Assembly: GCF_001194135.2 (NCBI RefSeq)
Contig: NC_068984.1
Location: 34,560,409-34,624,408, forward strand
Length of the DNA: 64,000 nucleotides
Direction: 5' to 3'
Source of the DNA: Octopus bimaculoides
Lineage: Eukaryota
How positions within the stretch are numbered: position 1 is the first letter of the stretch; every line of letters begins with the position of its first letter. The notes beneath the pieces were generated by a model. It made no database searches, had not been told where the DNA came from, and saw nothing but the letters and a program-made list of their open reading frames with translations. The position numbers were made by a program, and so were the translations under genes. Below, in pieces: positions 10,625 to 23,379 of this stretch.

Positions 10625-10710
10625 CACAATGCCTGCAATTTCGGAGGAGAGAGGAAACAAGTGGATTAGATCGGCCTCGGTGACCGACTGGTACTTATTT
10701 TATCGATCCC
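10625..10710 (-). mobile_element. SINE family A 3' fragment
   Basis: gattagatcggcctcggtgaccgactggtacttattttatcgatccc matches the family A core. Confidence 0.6.
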
Positions 10711-10917
10711 TTAATGATGGATTAGAAATGATAAGGATAATAGTATGGATAGAAAGGTCTAAAAGTGAAAGGATAAAGAAAGAAGGAATAGTGGGAATTG
10801 GTACAAAGTAAAAGGATATGATAAATAATAACCAAGTGGTTTCATTAATAATAATAATAACACCAACAACAACAGCAGCAGCAACAACAGCAACAACACC
10901 GACGACAATAATAGTAA

Positions 10918-11310
10918 TATGTGTTGGATTAAAGATAAAAAAGAAACCAATATTATAGATATTACCACACCTTAGGATGCAAGCGTAGATGACAAAGAGC
11001 TGGGAAAGATTGAGAAATACAGACTACTGAAGGACGAACTTGCAAGAATATGGGCAATGAGGAGAGTTACTGTTATATAAGTAGTTGTAGAGGCACTCGG
11101 AGCAATAAGAAGCACAGGCATTGTAATTGACATAGATGCAGACCAGGCCCAGGGTACTTTACTATTGGGGACAGCTAGGATTGTGAGTGTCTTTCACGAT
11201 AAGCTAACAAACTTATAATTAGCGGAAAGACACCTTCTGAGACCTCTGACAAAGGCTTGCTGTCCGCTCTCACAGAATCAGCAAGAACAAGTAAGCCTGA
11301 GAACTCTAAC
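10918..11310 (+). mobile_element. R4/Dong-type 3' fragment (subfamily 2), decayed
   Basis: IKDKKETNIIDITTP*DASVDDKELGKIEKYRLLKDELARIWAMRRVTVI...LLLGTARI resembles the RLE endonuclease region. Followed directly by (AAT)n at 11311-11397. Confidence 0.8.
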
Positions 11311-11347
<37 letters not shown>

Positions 11348-11357
11348 NNNNNNNNNN

Positions 11358-11397
<40 letters not shown>

Positions 11398-11398
<1 letters not shown>

Positions 11399-11726
11399 GT
11401 TGATAATATCTGAAAATAGAGGTAACTCGAATGCTGAGTCTAAAAACAGAAACAATTCCTATCATAGTAGGCACATTAGGTATGATAAAAAAAAAATTCA
11501 GCTAAATACATAACAAAGACACCAGGACTAACAAGTATATATAGCATTCAGAAAATAGTACTAGTAGGCTCCGCACACATCCTAGGTAATACACTTCTAA
11601 TACAGTAAAAATAAGAGCATCACAATAAGCCACCGCACTTGCCCAAGACACACAGAGCTACGCTCGGTAGTTGAGTGAAAGCACGCAATAAAAAATTAAG
11701 GCTATTGAATAATAAAAATAATAATA
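11398..11726 (+). mobile_element. R4/Dong-type 3' fragment (subfamily 1)
   Basis: LKIEVTRMLSLKTETIPIIVGTLGMIKK...YITKTPGLTSIYSIQKIVLVGSAHILG, with the same 3'UTR as 5671-5784. Flanked by AAT repeats. Confidence 0.85.
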
Positions 11727-11729
11727 ACA

Positions 11730-12216
11730 AAGAGTACTGGAGGCGGAGAAATGTAAGATTGTGGGACTTTCGTATTCAAACGAACATGAAGTTAAGAAAA
11801 TAATAGACCAGACATAACAATTTTCGATAAGGCAAAGCGAAGCTGCTTACTTATCGACTTATCATGCCGTTTGATTTCATGATCATAAAAAAAGAGGAAG
11901 CAAAACAAAAAATATACAATTCCCAAAAATTTGCAATGGGAAGAATTTGGAGCATGCAACCAGTAAAGGTCGTGCCATAATAATTGGTGAGTTGGGAAAA
12001 GTAAGCAAAGATATAACCAAATAGCTTAAGGAGATTGAAATAGGATGCCCAGTAGAGCTCCTAAAAATAGTTTGTCTCTTTGAGAGAGCAAAGATTATCA
12101 AGAGTGTTCTAAGCACGTGAAAGACTGTTGAAAACTTGTCGATCTATAAGGCTAGATGTAGTAACCCGGCATCTACGTAAATCCTACCAGGTGTAAGACG
12201 GAAGCTGAGCCAAACC

Positions 12217-12218
<2 letters not shown>
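11730..12218 (+). mobile_element. R4/Dong-type 3' fragment (subfamily 3), decayed
   Basis: With frameshifts: WDFRIQT...NRPDITIFDKAKRSCLLIDLSC...IWSMQPVKVVP-IIGELG, carrying the PD..D RLE motif. Followed by (TAA)n at 12219-12313. Confidence 0.82.
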
Positions 12219-12261
<43 letters not shown>

Positions 12262-12954
12262 NNNNNNNNNNATAATAATAATAATAATAATAATGATAAT
12301 AATAATAATAATAAATGTAAATATAAGTAAGAGACGACATGGGAATTTGGGGCATCATATACATTCCCCCAAATTACAATGATACGCCAATAGTAAGTAA
12401 AGCTTCCCAGTACTTGTCTCATTTTGCAGGCAGCTAGAGGAAGCCTATTTAGTCACTACAATTTTGCCACTATCATACACCTTCAAGAATAATAATTATA
12501 AGATGAAAAACAACAACAACAATAACAATACCACCATCAGCAACAACAACAGCAATATTAATACTAATGATAAAGAGAAAGATTAATGCAATTTGGCATA
12601 GTGCTAGGAGGTCAGACAAGGATCTTAAATAGTAAGTAGTCTTCATTGACCGATTTTATAGAAGGCTTGACAAAATCATATCGATTAGTAACATCATTAA
12701 AGCGGATGAATCGCAAAGAAGGCAAGTTCAACTGGGTGATAGATAACATAGACAAGAGTCCATTCAGACAATATTTTCTGTAAAGTAGCAAGATGAAATA
12801 TAGCAGCGTATTGGGAATAATACTGTTGCAGATGTTATTGTTATTATGAAATAATCTTCCATTACTCATTATAATGATATACATTATACATACATGTGTG
12901 TAGATATGTTTATGAGTGTGAATCTATCTATCTATCTATCTATCTATCTCTGCA

Positions 12955-13004
<50 letters not shown>

Positions 13005-13816
13005 AATATACGCAAGCACATAGTCACAAGAATACACACACATATACGTATATATGTATACATAGGCATACGTATGTATATACGTAAATAATAGTATAAA
13101 TCTTTGATTGGCTTCAGCTTGGTTTTAGGTAAGTATTGGACCACAAGAGAGAGAGAGAAAGAGAGAGAGAGATAGAGAGACGGAAAGTGACAGACAGACT
13201 GAGAGGGGGAGACAAAGAGAGAAACAGAGAACGATACTAGAAGAAGGAGGGAGAGAAAGAAAGGGAGAGCGACGTGAAAGAGATAGAGCGGAACAGAGAG
13301 AGAGAGAGAGAAATGTAATGAAGCAAGAGATATACTCAGAACTGTGAAGCAGAATGAAATAATATTTATTCAGTTAATATTTGTTGAGTCACTACTCAGA
13401 GTTTTTTGTTTCTCATTCCTTTGAGTTGCATACACATGAATTCTGCCTCTCTCTCTTTCTTTCTCTCTTTCTCTCTCCCTCTTTCACACGCGCACACAGA
13501 CACATGCACAAACACATATAGATATATGTGTGTGTTCGTGTATTCAATAATCCCTCGATCATCGCGGGTGTTACGATCCGAAGCACCCTGCAATGCGTGA
13601 AGATCCGCTAAGTAGAAACTGTACTGTACTGTATATTTTCTTTTTTATATTATTTTTAGAACTTGCATATCTTTATGTTATCATAAATGAAAAACAATAC
13701 CATGGAGTAATCAACGTAACCTTATATAATAAAGCGCGATAATTAAACCACGATATAGCGAGGAATTACTATGTAAATATAATTATAGTAAGGGGACTAA
13801 TGAGTAGCTACAAAAG

Positions 13817-13850
<34 letters not shown>

Positions 13851-14859
13851 ATTAAAAAATGGAGGATAATATGCTGCACCCAAGGACTTGCAGACGGAAT
13901 ACACTGTCTGCAAGTCGTTGCGTACAGCATATTATCCTCCATTTTCGAATTGATATATAAATTTAGGGTAAAACAACCACCCCTTTTACCCACTCCCACT
14001 TATTACACTTGGTATAACACTAGTGTAACAATGATTCGGTACCCTCCCAGCAGTATATTGGATAGATACTATCCCTTAGTGGGTTGAATCCTCAACCCCT
14101 AACTCTCTTGCATTANNNNNNNNNNNNNNNNNNNNNNNNNNNNNNNNNNNNNNNNNNNNNNNNNNNNNNNNNNNNNNNNNNNNNNNNNNNNNNTATATAT
14201 TAATAAATTTCAGGGTTGCAAAAAATTTAGAAATTTTACCACTGGTCTAGCGAGAAGAAAAAAATAGCCAATAGATTATATATTAAAAAGATCAAGGAGT
14301 GAATTTTACCAAATCCTATGATGTGTAGAGTTTTTAGAAACAATTGTCGAGTATTTCGCATGGATAGGTGGATTGTAGACTGTGAAATTTGTTGCTAACC
14401 CCCATTATCTACTAAGTCTTTCAAAATTCCTACAGAAATGCGAAACATTTTGTAAAATATCTCCAGTCATGATGAACAGTTATGCGAAGGAAGCAAAAGC
14501 GAGACATCTTTGCTTTTGTGCCTAGCCTTGCTTCATGATTGACTACAACAGCTCTTAGTCCTCTGGTTCGTGTATACGAAACTGGTTCCGCTGCTTGGAA
14601 GGCCCATTTGTTGTAAATATCTGCTGTGGGGAGCTTGGACATGCTGTATGGAGGACTTTCAATTTAAGGTCAATTGATAATTTCTAAAAACTGGCCTGGT
14701 AGTGCTCTCATGAGACATTGTCAATTTTCTATAAAATATACAGGCAAAGGCTAAGATGCGTGCAGTGTCACGAAACTGACCGTTAAGCTCTCGAACACTG
14801 TCTGAATTTTACCGACTTAACCAACAGCGTGTAGGTCAGATTCGGCTATAGACCACGCT

Positions 14860-15033
14860 GAGCAAACTGCTTAGCTGTACTTCGTCTGCCGCTACGTTGT
14901 GAGTTCAAATTCCACCTAGCTCGACTTAGCCTTTCATCCTTTCGGGGTTGATAAATTAAATACTAGTGAAACACTAGGGTTCATGTAATCGACTAGTCAC
15001 TTTTCCACAAATTTCTGACCTATAGTAGAAAGG

Positions 15034-15034
<1 letters not shown>
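14860..15034 (+). mobile_element. SINE family A copy
   Basis: ttcgtctgccgctacgttgtgagttcaaattccacc...ctttcatcctttcggggttgataaattaaatac. Confidence 0.8.
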
Positions 15035-15094
<60 letters not shown>

Positions 15095-15140
15095 CCATCA
15101 TCATCATTATTCTTATCATTATCATTATATTATTATTATT
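15035..15140. repeat. (ATC)n grading into (ATT)n
   Basis: Direct reading. It forms the tail of the adjacent minus-strand Dong fragment. Confidence 0.95.
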
Positions 15141-15883
15141 TAAGACGTCGCACAGCGTCCCATATCATGATTTTGATTGAAGATATTGCGTCTACCTGGG
15201 GTTTATACTGTCTGTCAATTAACAAGGACCTCAGGCAGACAGTACTTTATGCAATATGCATGCAGTTCCAAGTAATGCGGATTTTTGCAATACACCTACA
15301 TTGGAGGCTATTTAAATTTCTAGATGTTACTTCAGTTTAGATGGTATTGAACCCAATATTTCGATGATAACAGGGACAACCTTCATGTTTAAATCTCGTA
15401 GCTTCCACATCTTGGCGATCTCATTTCTGAGGTCTCCATACTTATCAATCTTTTCCCTTTCTTTCATGATAATCTGTTGAACTCCTGGCACTGCCACGTC
15501 GATTTTTAGGCACTTTTGTTTGTCACTCATAAAAGCTAATAAATCTGGCCTTCGGTACTCTAGTCCCAGAGGAATTTCATTTTCTCACATTTTTTCTCTT
15601 TCGTTAACAATCTTGCATTACTATTTTGTCTATCACTAATTGATCTTAAGTCCATCTGTATCTCCTTCTACATACTTTTCATTCTGTCGGAAATATATCG
15701 TTCTCATTAAGAAATTTGTACCGTTCTGCAATTCCTCCAGACAGAAACTCCCACGTTACTAGGAAGCAAGAAATCGGTCTCTAATTGGCAGAAGGATTTC
15801 CTGTCAACAAGCTCAGGATTTCTTCTTCAGCATTGTTCAATGTTTTAAATTGCTCCTAGATGAATTTATGACAACTACTGAAC

Positions 15884-15885
<2 letters not shown>
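15141..15885 (-). mobile_element. R4/Dong-type element (subfamily 4) with internal deletion joining the RT start to the endonuclease
   Basis: Minus strand with frameshifts and stops: RPISCFLVTWEFLSGGIA...NENDIFPTE*KVCRRRYRWT*DQLVIDKIVMQDC (early RT), then KFLWD..YRRPDLL...CLKIDVAVPG..KEREKIDKYGDLRNEIAKMW..VVPVII..LG...QKSALLGTACIL. Confidence 0.85.
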
Positions 15886-15886
<1 letters not shown>

Positions 15887-15957
<71 letters not shown>

Positions 15958-15976
15958 CATCATCATTATTATTATT
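15887..15976. repeat. (ATT)n array between stacked Dong elements
   Basis: Direct reading. Confidence 0.95.
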
Positions 15977-16397
15977 GTTCAGTAGTTTTATTTTTAAAAC
16001 GTGCTTTCACTTCACTACCGAGCGCAGCTCTGTGTGCCTTGGGTATGTGCTGTGGTTTGCTGTGATGCTCTTATGGTTNNNNNNNNNNNNNNNNNNNNNN
16101 NNNNNNNNNNNNNNNNNNNNNNNNNNNNNNNNNNNNNNNNNNNNNNNNNNNNNNNNNNNNNNNNNNNNNNNNNNTAGATGTATTTGTCATGATAGGAATT
16201 GTTTCTGTTTTTAGATTCCACATTCGAGTTACCTCTATTTCCAGGTCTTTGTATTTTAAAAGATTTCCATTTCTTTTAGGGAAACGTTGTCATCTCCTGG
16301 TATTGATACATCAATTAGAAAGCATTTTTTTCTTCATGACCTTTGGCAACTATATCTGGTCTATTTGCCTTAATTTCTCTATCTGTGTGTATTGGCA
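15972..16397 (-). mobile_element. R4/Dong-type 3' fragment (subfamily 1), spans a gap
   Basis: MPIHTDREIKANRPDIVAK..CFLIDVSIPGDDNVSLK..KYKDLEIEVTRMWNLKTETIPI. The 3'UTR is nearly identical to 5671-5784. Confidence 0.88.
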
Positions 16398-17040
16398 TGC
16401 TTGACTTTTGCTTTGTATTTGTACAAGTAGACTCCAAGTGTCACCAAGGGACCTCAATAGACAACAAGTTAGAAATTGATGTTGGTGTTATGACTAGGGT
16501 GCTATATATTTGGTTTTTCTCAAAGTATTGTACTAGAGAATGTTTAAGAAATCATAAGAAAATTATAAGCTTGCTTTAAAATTTGATATTACATAGACAG
16601 TATTTTACATTGGATATGGAGAATTCCCAAGGGCACTAGTTTTGATTTCCTGGTATCTGAACTTTGGATTTCCTGGTATCTGAGCTATGTAGAAATCAGC
16701 CCCTTTTGCTATCAATCCTAATGCACTTATGACAACAGGTATTGTTTTATTCTTGAGGTTCAACATTTTTCCAATTTCTATTTCAAGATCCTTGCTCAGT
16801 GTTTGGTAGGACTTGACAGATACATTTATGGCGATTGGGACACTCATATCGATGAGGATGCATGATTTTTGTCTGAAGTCCTTCGGTATAATATCTGGCC
16901 TGTTCGCTTCTGTCTCTCAGTCAGTTTGAACGGTGGAGTTCCAGAGGCGTGAGATGTGGTAATTTTGAAGCACTGGAGGTGATTTGTGTTCCCACCAGTT
17001 GTTATCATGGTGCAGGTTTTTGCAAATTACACAATGAATA
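16398..17040 (-). mobile_element. R4/Dong-type 3' fragment (subfamily 5)
   Basis: With frameshifts: ICKNLHHDNNWWEHK..ANRPDIIPKDFRQKSCILIDMSVPIAINVSVKS...DLEIEIGKMLNLKNKTIPVVISALGLI. Its 3'UTR (16398-16590) recurs at 18316-18507, and its 5' end abuts (ATT)n at 17047-17115. Confidence 0.87.
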
Positions 17041-17045
17041 TACTA

Positions 17046-17115
<70 letters not shown>

Positions 17116-17117
<2 letters not shown>

Positions 17118-18177
17118 TTTAATTTAATTTTTTTTTTTTCAAATTTTCCTTCATTTCNNNNNNNNNNNNNNNNNNNNNNNNNNNNNNNNNNNNNNNNNNN
17201 NNNNNNNNNNNNNNNNNNNNNNNNNNNNNNNNNNNNNNNNNNNNNNNNNNNNNNNNNNNNNNNNNAATTCAGAGGTAAGATATGTTTTTAAAAAACATTA
17301 ATGAATAAATAAATAAATTCATGAATGGATGTTATTTTCACAGCGATAATGCTCTTCTCAGTACATGAGTCGTACCAGTTAACACAATTTTTTGCACTTC
17401 TTGTAGGGATGGTGAGAGTGATATCATTTTCAAATAGGTTTCAGTACCTTTTTTAAATCATTCCTAGACATCCTAATATCACTGTTACGGTAGTCGCCTT
17501 GAGATGCCACTTTTTTTCAATTTCTAGTAGCAAGTCTTTATATTTACTGATCTTGTCAAATTGTTTCGCCGCTATATTGTGATCACAAGGAATACTCATG
17601 TCAGTTAATAAACACATCTTTTTTGTCTGATCTTTTATAATAATATCCGGTTTATTAGCTTTTATAGGTTTATCGGTATGTACGGGGAAGTCCCAGAGAA
17701 TCGACACATTTTCTTCCTCAGTCACAGCTTCAGGATGGTGTTTATACAAGTTGTCAGCGGTTTCGATTTTATAATGCCGACATTGCAAATACTTGCCGAC
17801 TCTGTCATGTCTTGCTTTATATTCTACAGGTGCTAAGACTCTACACCCTGAGATTAGGTGGTCTATAGTTTCTATCTCAACGTTACAGAATCGGCATTTT
17901 GGATCAGCTCCATTTTTTTTCATCACATTGGCTTGGTAGTTCCGGGTTAATAAGCTTTGGTTTTGAGCAGCTAATATGAAACCTTCACTCTCTGCTTTTA
18001 GCCCTGAGCTTCGTAACAATTGATGCGTGTGTTTCTGGTCGACATCAGCTTGTTTGCTGCGGGCTATATACTTGCCATGCAGAAGTTCTGTTCCAATCTG
18101 CTAGCTAATATTTCATGTGCTTTTGTCTTTGCAATTAATTTTATTCTCTGTGCAGCAGAAGTTTGCGCATTTCCTTG

Positions 18178-18178
<1 letters not shown>
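17116..18178 (-). mobile_element. R4/Dong-type element 3' portion (subfamily 6): CCHC zinc knuckle plus restriction-like endonuclease
   Basis: 188-aa ORF 17453-18019: ESEGFILAAQNQSLLTRNY..CRFCNVEIETIDHLISGC..RHDRV..LWDFPVHTD..ANKPDIIIKD..DMSIPCD..KISKYKDL. A frameshifted continuation reads ..QKIVLTGTTHVLRRALSL*. (ATT)n on both sides. Confidence 0.95.
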
Positions 18179-18507
<329 letters not shown>

Positions 18508-18508
18508 A

Positions 18509-18735
18509 GGCGAGCTGGCAGAAACGTTAACACGCTGGGCGAAATGCTTAGCGGTATTTCATCTGCCGCTACGTTCTGAGTTCAAATTCCGCCGAAGTCG
18601 ACTTTGCCTTTCATTCTTTGGGGGTCGATTAAATAAGTACCAGTTACGCACTGGGGTAGACTAATCGACTTAATCCCTTTGTCTGTCCTTGTTTGTCCCC
18701 TCTATGTTTAGCCGCCTGTAGACTATAAATAAATA
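18509..18735 (+). mobile_element. SINE family A, near full length (tail type ...tttgtctgtccttgtttgtcccctctatg)
   Basis: Closely matches 38650-38877 along its length. B-box-like GAGTTCAAATTCC. Confidence 0.92.
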
Positions 18736-19849
18736 ATAATGATAAAAGTAATTATTATTAATAGTAGTAGTAGTAGTGGCGGTGGTAGTGGTAGTCGTCG
18801 TCGTCGACGTAGTAGTACAGGTGTACAAGTGTACAAGTGGTGGTGGTTGTGATGGTGATGGGGGGGGGGGGTAATAGCTGCAGAGCGCCGCAGCAGCAGC
18901 AACGTATCAATAGTTTACAAGCGTAATTGTTATTCAACAGAGATATATTGTTGGGGCAAGTTATCAAGACTCTCTTCGAGGTAGTATCATACATCCTAGA
19001 ATCAGGACAAACCGAACTTTCTGTTAGTATTACTTCTTCAGTTATGATGTTTTAATCGAGCATACCGGCACACATTCTGTGAAATAACGACTGAACCTAC
19101 AACATTAATGAAGCAAACTCCATACAACGCTTGAAGGTCTAAAAAATAATAGCAAACCACAATGATATCCTGCTATATGAAAACATGGAAACTGAGCGTT
19201 GTGTGGTGCACTCATTAACATTAACGCGATTTCAGGAACTGATCTCCATGATAAACAACCATATCGTTCATCCGAATTTGGTCTCTATTTGAGTGAAATA
19301 CAATGCTTTTAAAAATTTATCATTGACTGAATCTCTATCATAGCTAACATGTATTAATACACTAATTATGTGAATATGTAAAATTATCACTGCAAGTAAT
19401 AATTCATGGCAAAGAAACGGAGATAACATGGTTTGGAACTAATTTCGAAGCCGGACAACAGATACTGTTGAAAGCGAAGGTGATTGTAAAAGCAATGAAT
19501 AAAATTTCACCGGATTATATAACCAAAAATGAATATGTGTGAATTCAATAAGTGCGTATTGGATAGCATTGCATTGTCTTCCCCCAAAACATGAATCAAT
19601 CTGTTTGCACTACACTTTTAGAAAGTTCAAAGAGAAATATATATGGGGCTGGTTGTGTATGTGCGTGTGTGTGTGAGAGAGAGAGAAAGAGAGAGGGAGA
19701 AGCATTTATTTGTATTTACTTGTATTATTTGTATTTATTTGTATCGAGTTCTGACGAAGAAATAGCCAAAAAAGTGAGACAAGGATTTTTGCAGTCTTCA
19801 GTTACAGTAGACGTAGAAATTCAGTCGTTGTTATAATAAAGAGAAGAGA

Positions 19850-19851
<2 letters not shown>

Positions 19852-19907
<56 letters not shown>

Positions 19908-19915
19908 GTAATAAT

Positions 19916-19949
<34 letters not shown>

Positions 19950-19990
19950 TAATATCTGCAACAACAACAACAACAACAACTATAATAACA
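19852..19990. repeat. (AAT)n / (AAC)n array with no recognisable element inserted
   Basis: Direct reading. Confidence 0.9.
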
Positions 19991-20339
19991 ATGATAATAA
20001 TATACTAATTACTCTTTCAATGATTTGTTGGAAAACTGACAAAAGTTTAAAGTGTGAAAAGAAATTGAACGCAGAAAATAGAGCAACTTAACAAAAGAAA
20101 TATCATTAACGCTTTTCTTATTTAACATTTTTAATTTTCTTTTCTTCCATGTATTTATTCTGCATGTTTCTTGCAGCAACAAAAAGTATTTATGTGAAGA
20201 AGGTTAATAAAGAAATTCGCATAATAGCTAATTAATTCGATATGATCCCTTTAAGTAGAATACATACATACATGCACATAGACACGCTCATATATCTATT
20301 TTATATATATATACATACATATATGTAAATACATATATG

Positions 20340-20370
<31 letters not shown>

Positions 20371-20382
20371 GTACACACATAG

Positions 20383-20465
<83 letters not shown>

Positions 20466-20959
20466 TACCAACCGACAGACAGAAACAGAGAGGGGGAGAA
20501 GAATGGATTGGCAGATGCATAGATAAATGCGGTGGTGTCATATATATAATGAAAGAAATACAAAATAACTTCTTGTGTTTTGTAATCAATTAGCTTCATG
20601 CTATTTTTTTTCCTTTTAAAAGGATCTATTTTCATGGGCAAATTGGCTGGTTGGTGATACTTTCTATAACTCTGCTAATAAGAGATCGATATTGTGTGGG
20701 TCTGAGAAACTAATGGTTGTTCTAAATTTCAAGTTACAGTTGAACAATTCCTACCAGTGGGAAAGAATTAACGTCTCAACTTCCGATTTATTCTGATAAA
20801 GACTTCCATGCTATGTCAGCCTATTATTGAAAAGTGTTTCTGCGGCCGTGCGTAGATACATGTACTGAAAGAAAAAATGTCGTTCTAATGATGCATTGAA
20901 TATTTATTGAAGTTAAGTTAATCTTCATAAAGACATTAATATTGGCAATTGATTGATTT

Positions 20960-21027
20960 ACACATATACACACACACACACAACACACACACACACATAC
21001 ACACACACACACGCACGCACGCACGCG

Positions 21028-21068
<41 letters not shown>

Positions 21069-21080
21069 AGATATATATAT
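20960..21080. repeat. (CA)n with embedded (CG)6 run
   Basis: acacgcacgcacgcacgcgcgcgcgcgcacacac. Confidence 0.9.
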
Positions 21081-21769
21081 GATGTATTTCGGGGATAAAA
21101 GCCGTGGATATTTTTGCGTGTGTCAGAAACAGTGGCAATATATATTTAGTTGCATAATAGTACAGGAACTAGCAGATTTCAGGTTTCATTTACTGCAGGG
21201 ATGCTGGGCTATTATAACTATGCGCAGTTAGAGAAAAAAATTGATTGGTAGCCTGTTGATTAGTAAGCTAACAGTAAGTCAAATGAAGGCCATGAAATGG
21301 TGATTTGTTTTTTCGTCTTATATAATAGAGTAAAATAATGCACTAATTTTTTCTCGTCACTAATTGTCATAGAATTTGAATCTTGTGAAAAAATTGCTAC
21401 TGCAGCTATATCAAAGATTATGAATAGTGATGTCTGTGCTTGAATTTGTTTTGCAGGAGTGAAATTTTTCGAAACAGATGTCTTAGTATGGTACTCAAAA
21501 TATGTGAGAACGGTGACCCTGAAAGAAAGATATAACATCTAAAGCTTGTTGATTTTATACAGTCGAAAACAGGCGTTTGGGTAAACACTTTTGATAAGTA
21601 TTGCTCTATATGATTGCTGATCCGTTATCCATATGTGAAAGTTTGAATATATTCTACATGAAGATCTCAAATCTAAAATGATGGCTGCTATCCTATCAGT
21701 TGCACGTATAATTAGACAATAACTTAGTTATGTTTTCTAAATAATGCGGCGAACAGGCAGGATCCTTAC

Positions 21770-21933
21770 CACGCAAGGTAAAGTGTTTAGTATCATTTCG
21801 TCCATCTCTACGTTTTAAATTCCACCGAGGTTGACTTCATTGTTCATCTTTTTAGGGTCGGTAAAATAAGTACCTGTTGAATACTTGAGTCGATATAATC
21901 CACTTAGCCCCTACCCGCAAATTGCTGACTTTG
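21770..21933 (+). mobile_element. Degenerate SINE family A copy
   Basis: catttcgtccatctctacgttttaaattccaccgaggttgacttc...agggtcggtaaaataagtacctg. Confidence 0.7.
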
Positions 21934-23379
21934 AGGAAAATTTTGAAAACAATATCTGTATATATAAAAGGCAAGACTTAGCTGTGATCTTAACTGCGGT
22001 CCGCTTCTGACACAGAGAATCTGGAGCCCTTTTGGGCATTCTATTTTCCTTGCTGGAAGGGCTCTCAACCCATGGGCAAAGAGAGGTTAGATGATGGGGT
22101 GGTGTTTTCAAAGGGCTGGCATGTGTAACCTGATCACCTCTGCCGATCAAACTCCCAGCCCATGTGCTCCCGTCGCGACACTAATTCTGCCCAAATTTGA
22201 CGTCGATGTTACGTAGTTTGTTTCGAAATAAAGAACTTGATTAGCTTAATAATCCTAACTTAATCCCAGGCAAAACCGGGCTATACTGCTCGTTATATAT
22301 ATATGTGGATAATGAATATGAAGAATGGTAGATTATGAAAGGAAGAGAGCAGTCATTTTGGTTGGTTTATAATTTGTTTGCATTTGTCACTAGTACTAAG
22401 AATTAATAGGATATTCGCTGTAAGACATGATATTTACAAGTGGTAATGTATGTTCTCAACCTTATATCATGCATAAATGTTTACAGGTTTCGTAAGTTAG
22501 CATGGAGTATAAAGAAGATAAATCAGATGACAATCCAGTTCCGAAGTGTAGGATGCCTCTTCTTATCTCCTCGACATACACTCTCATCCAAACTTATGAA
22601 TTTTACAGCATAAATCTTTTGATATAGTGGACTTTGTCTATTATACATAACTCATACAATAGCAAAGCTTGCTTTTGATGATAATATTTACTATGAAGTT
22701 TTAGTCGACACTATTTATGAACAAATTAAAGTTAATATTAATCGTACGAACATGAAAGACGTTACAGACTGCCCGATATATCTAAATATTTAGTTGGTTT
22801 TTACATGTAACTATGGTTAACATCTATTGGCGTACTTCGTAATAAACTTTAGTGTCTAGTATGATGGTTACTTTATGGCTCCTAAAAATAATGTTTTGAA
22901 CTATTATTCACAGTTTATGTCACTCAAAGGATTAAAAGTTGGAATAGTAGTGCTTCAAATAAGTTACACAAAAATTATTCTGTTAGCTTGCAATCATAAG
23001 TGTAATGGATACAGAAGGTGCAGCCAGGTAAAATGTTGTTGTAATAATTTAATGGTGCACAATATGATGGAGACAGCAATGAGTCATATCCATAAAGAAG
23101 AAGCGAAGCAATATGATAACATCTTAATAGAGACACGAATTCCTAAAAGCTGCAGCCAATATGCTCTCAAATAAAATATGCTCATAGCGAAATACCTGTT
23201 CCAACTACGGTAAAATCGTCCCTAAACAAAGTAGAGATGTAATCAAAATATGAATATATGGAAATAGTGATTACTAAATAGTAGAAAATCAGCTAGCACA
23301 ATCATTCAAACTATAATGTTCATAGCCATGATAAGAATATTTTTATAAGCAAATACACAACTACAGCCATACAACTTTC

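Noticed and set aside
12612-12884. 90-aa minus-strand ORF as a signal-peptide exon
   Set aside because: No recognisable domain, low-complexity start and no convincing donor. Part of it resembles a decayed SINE core.
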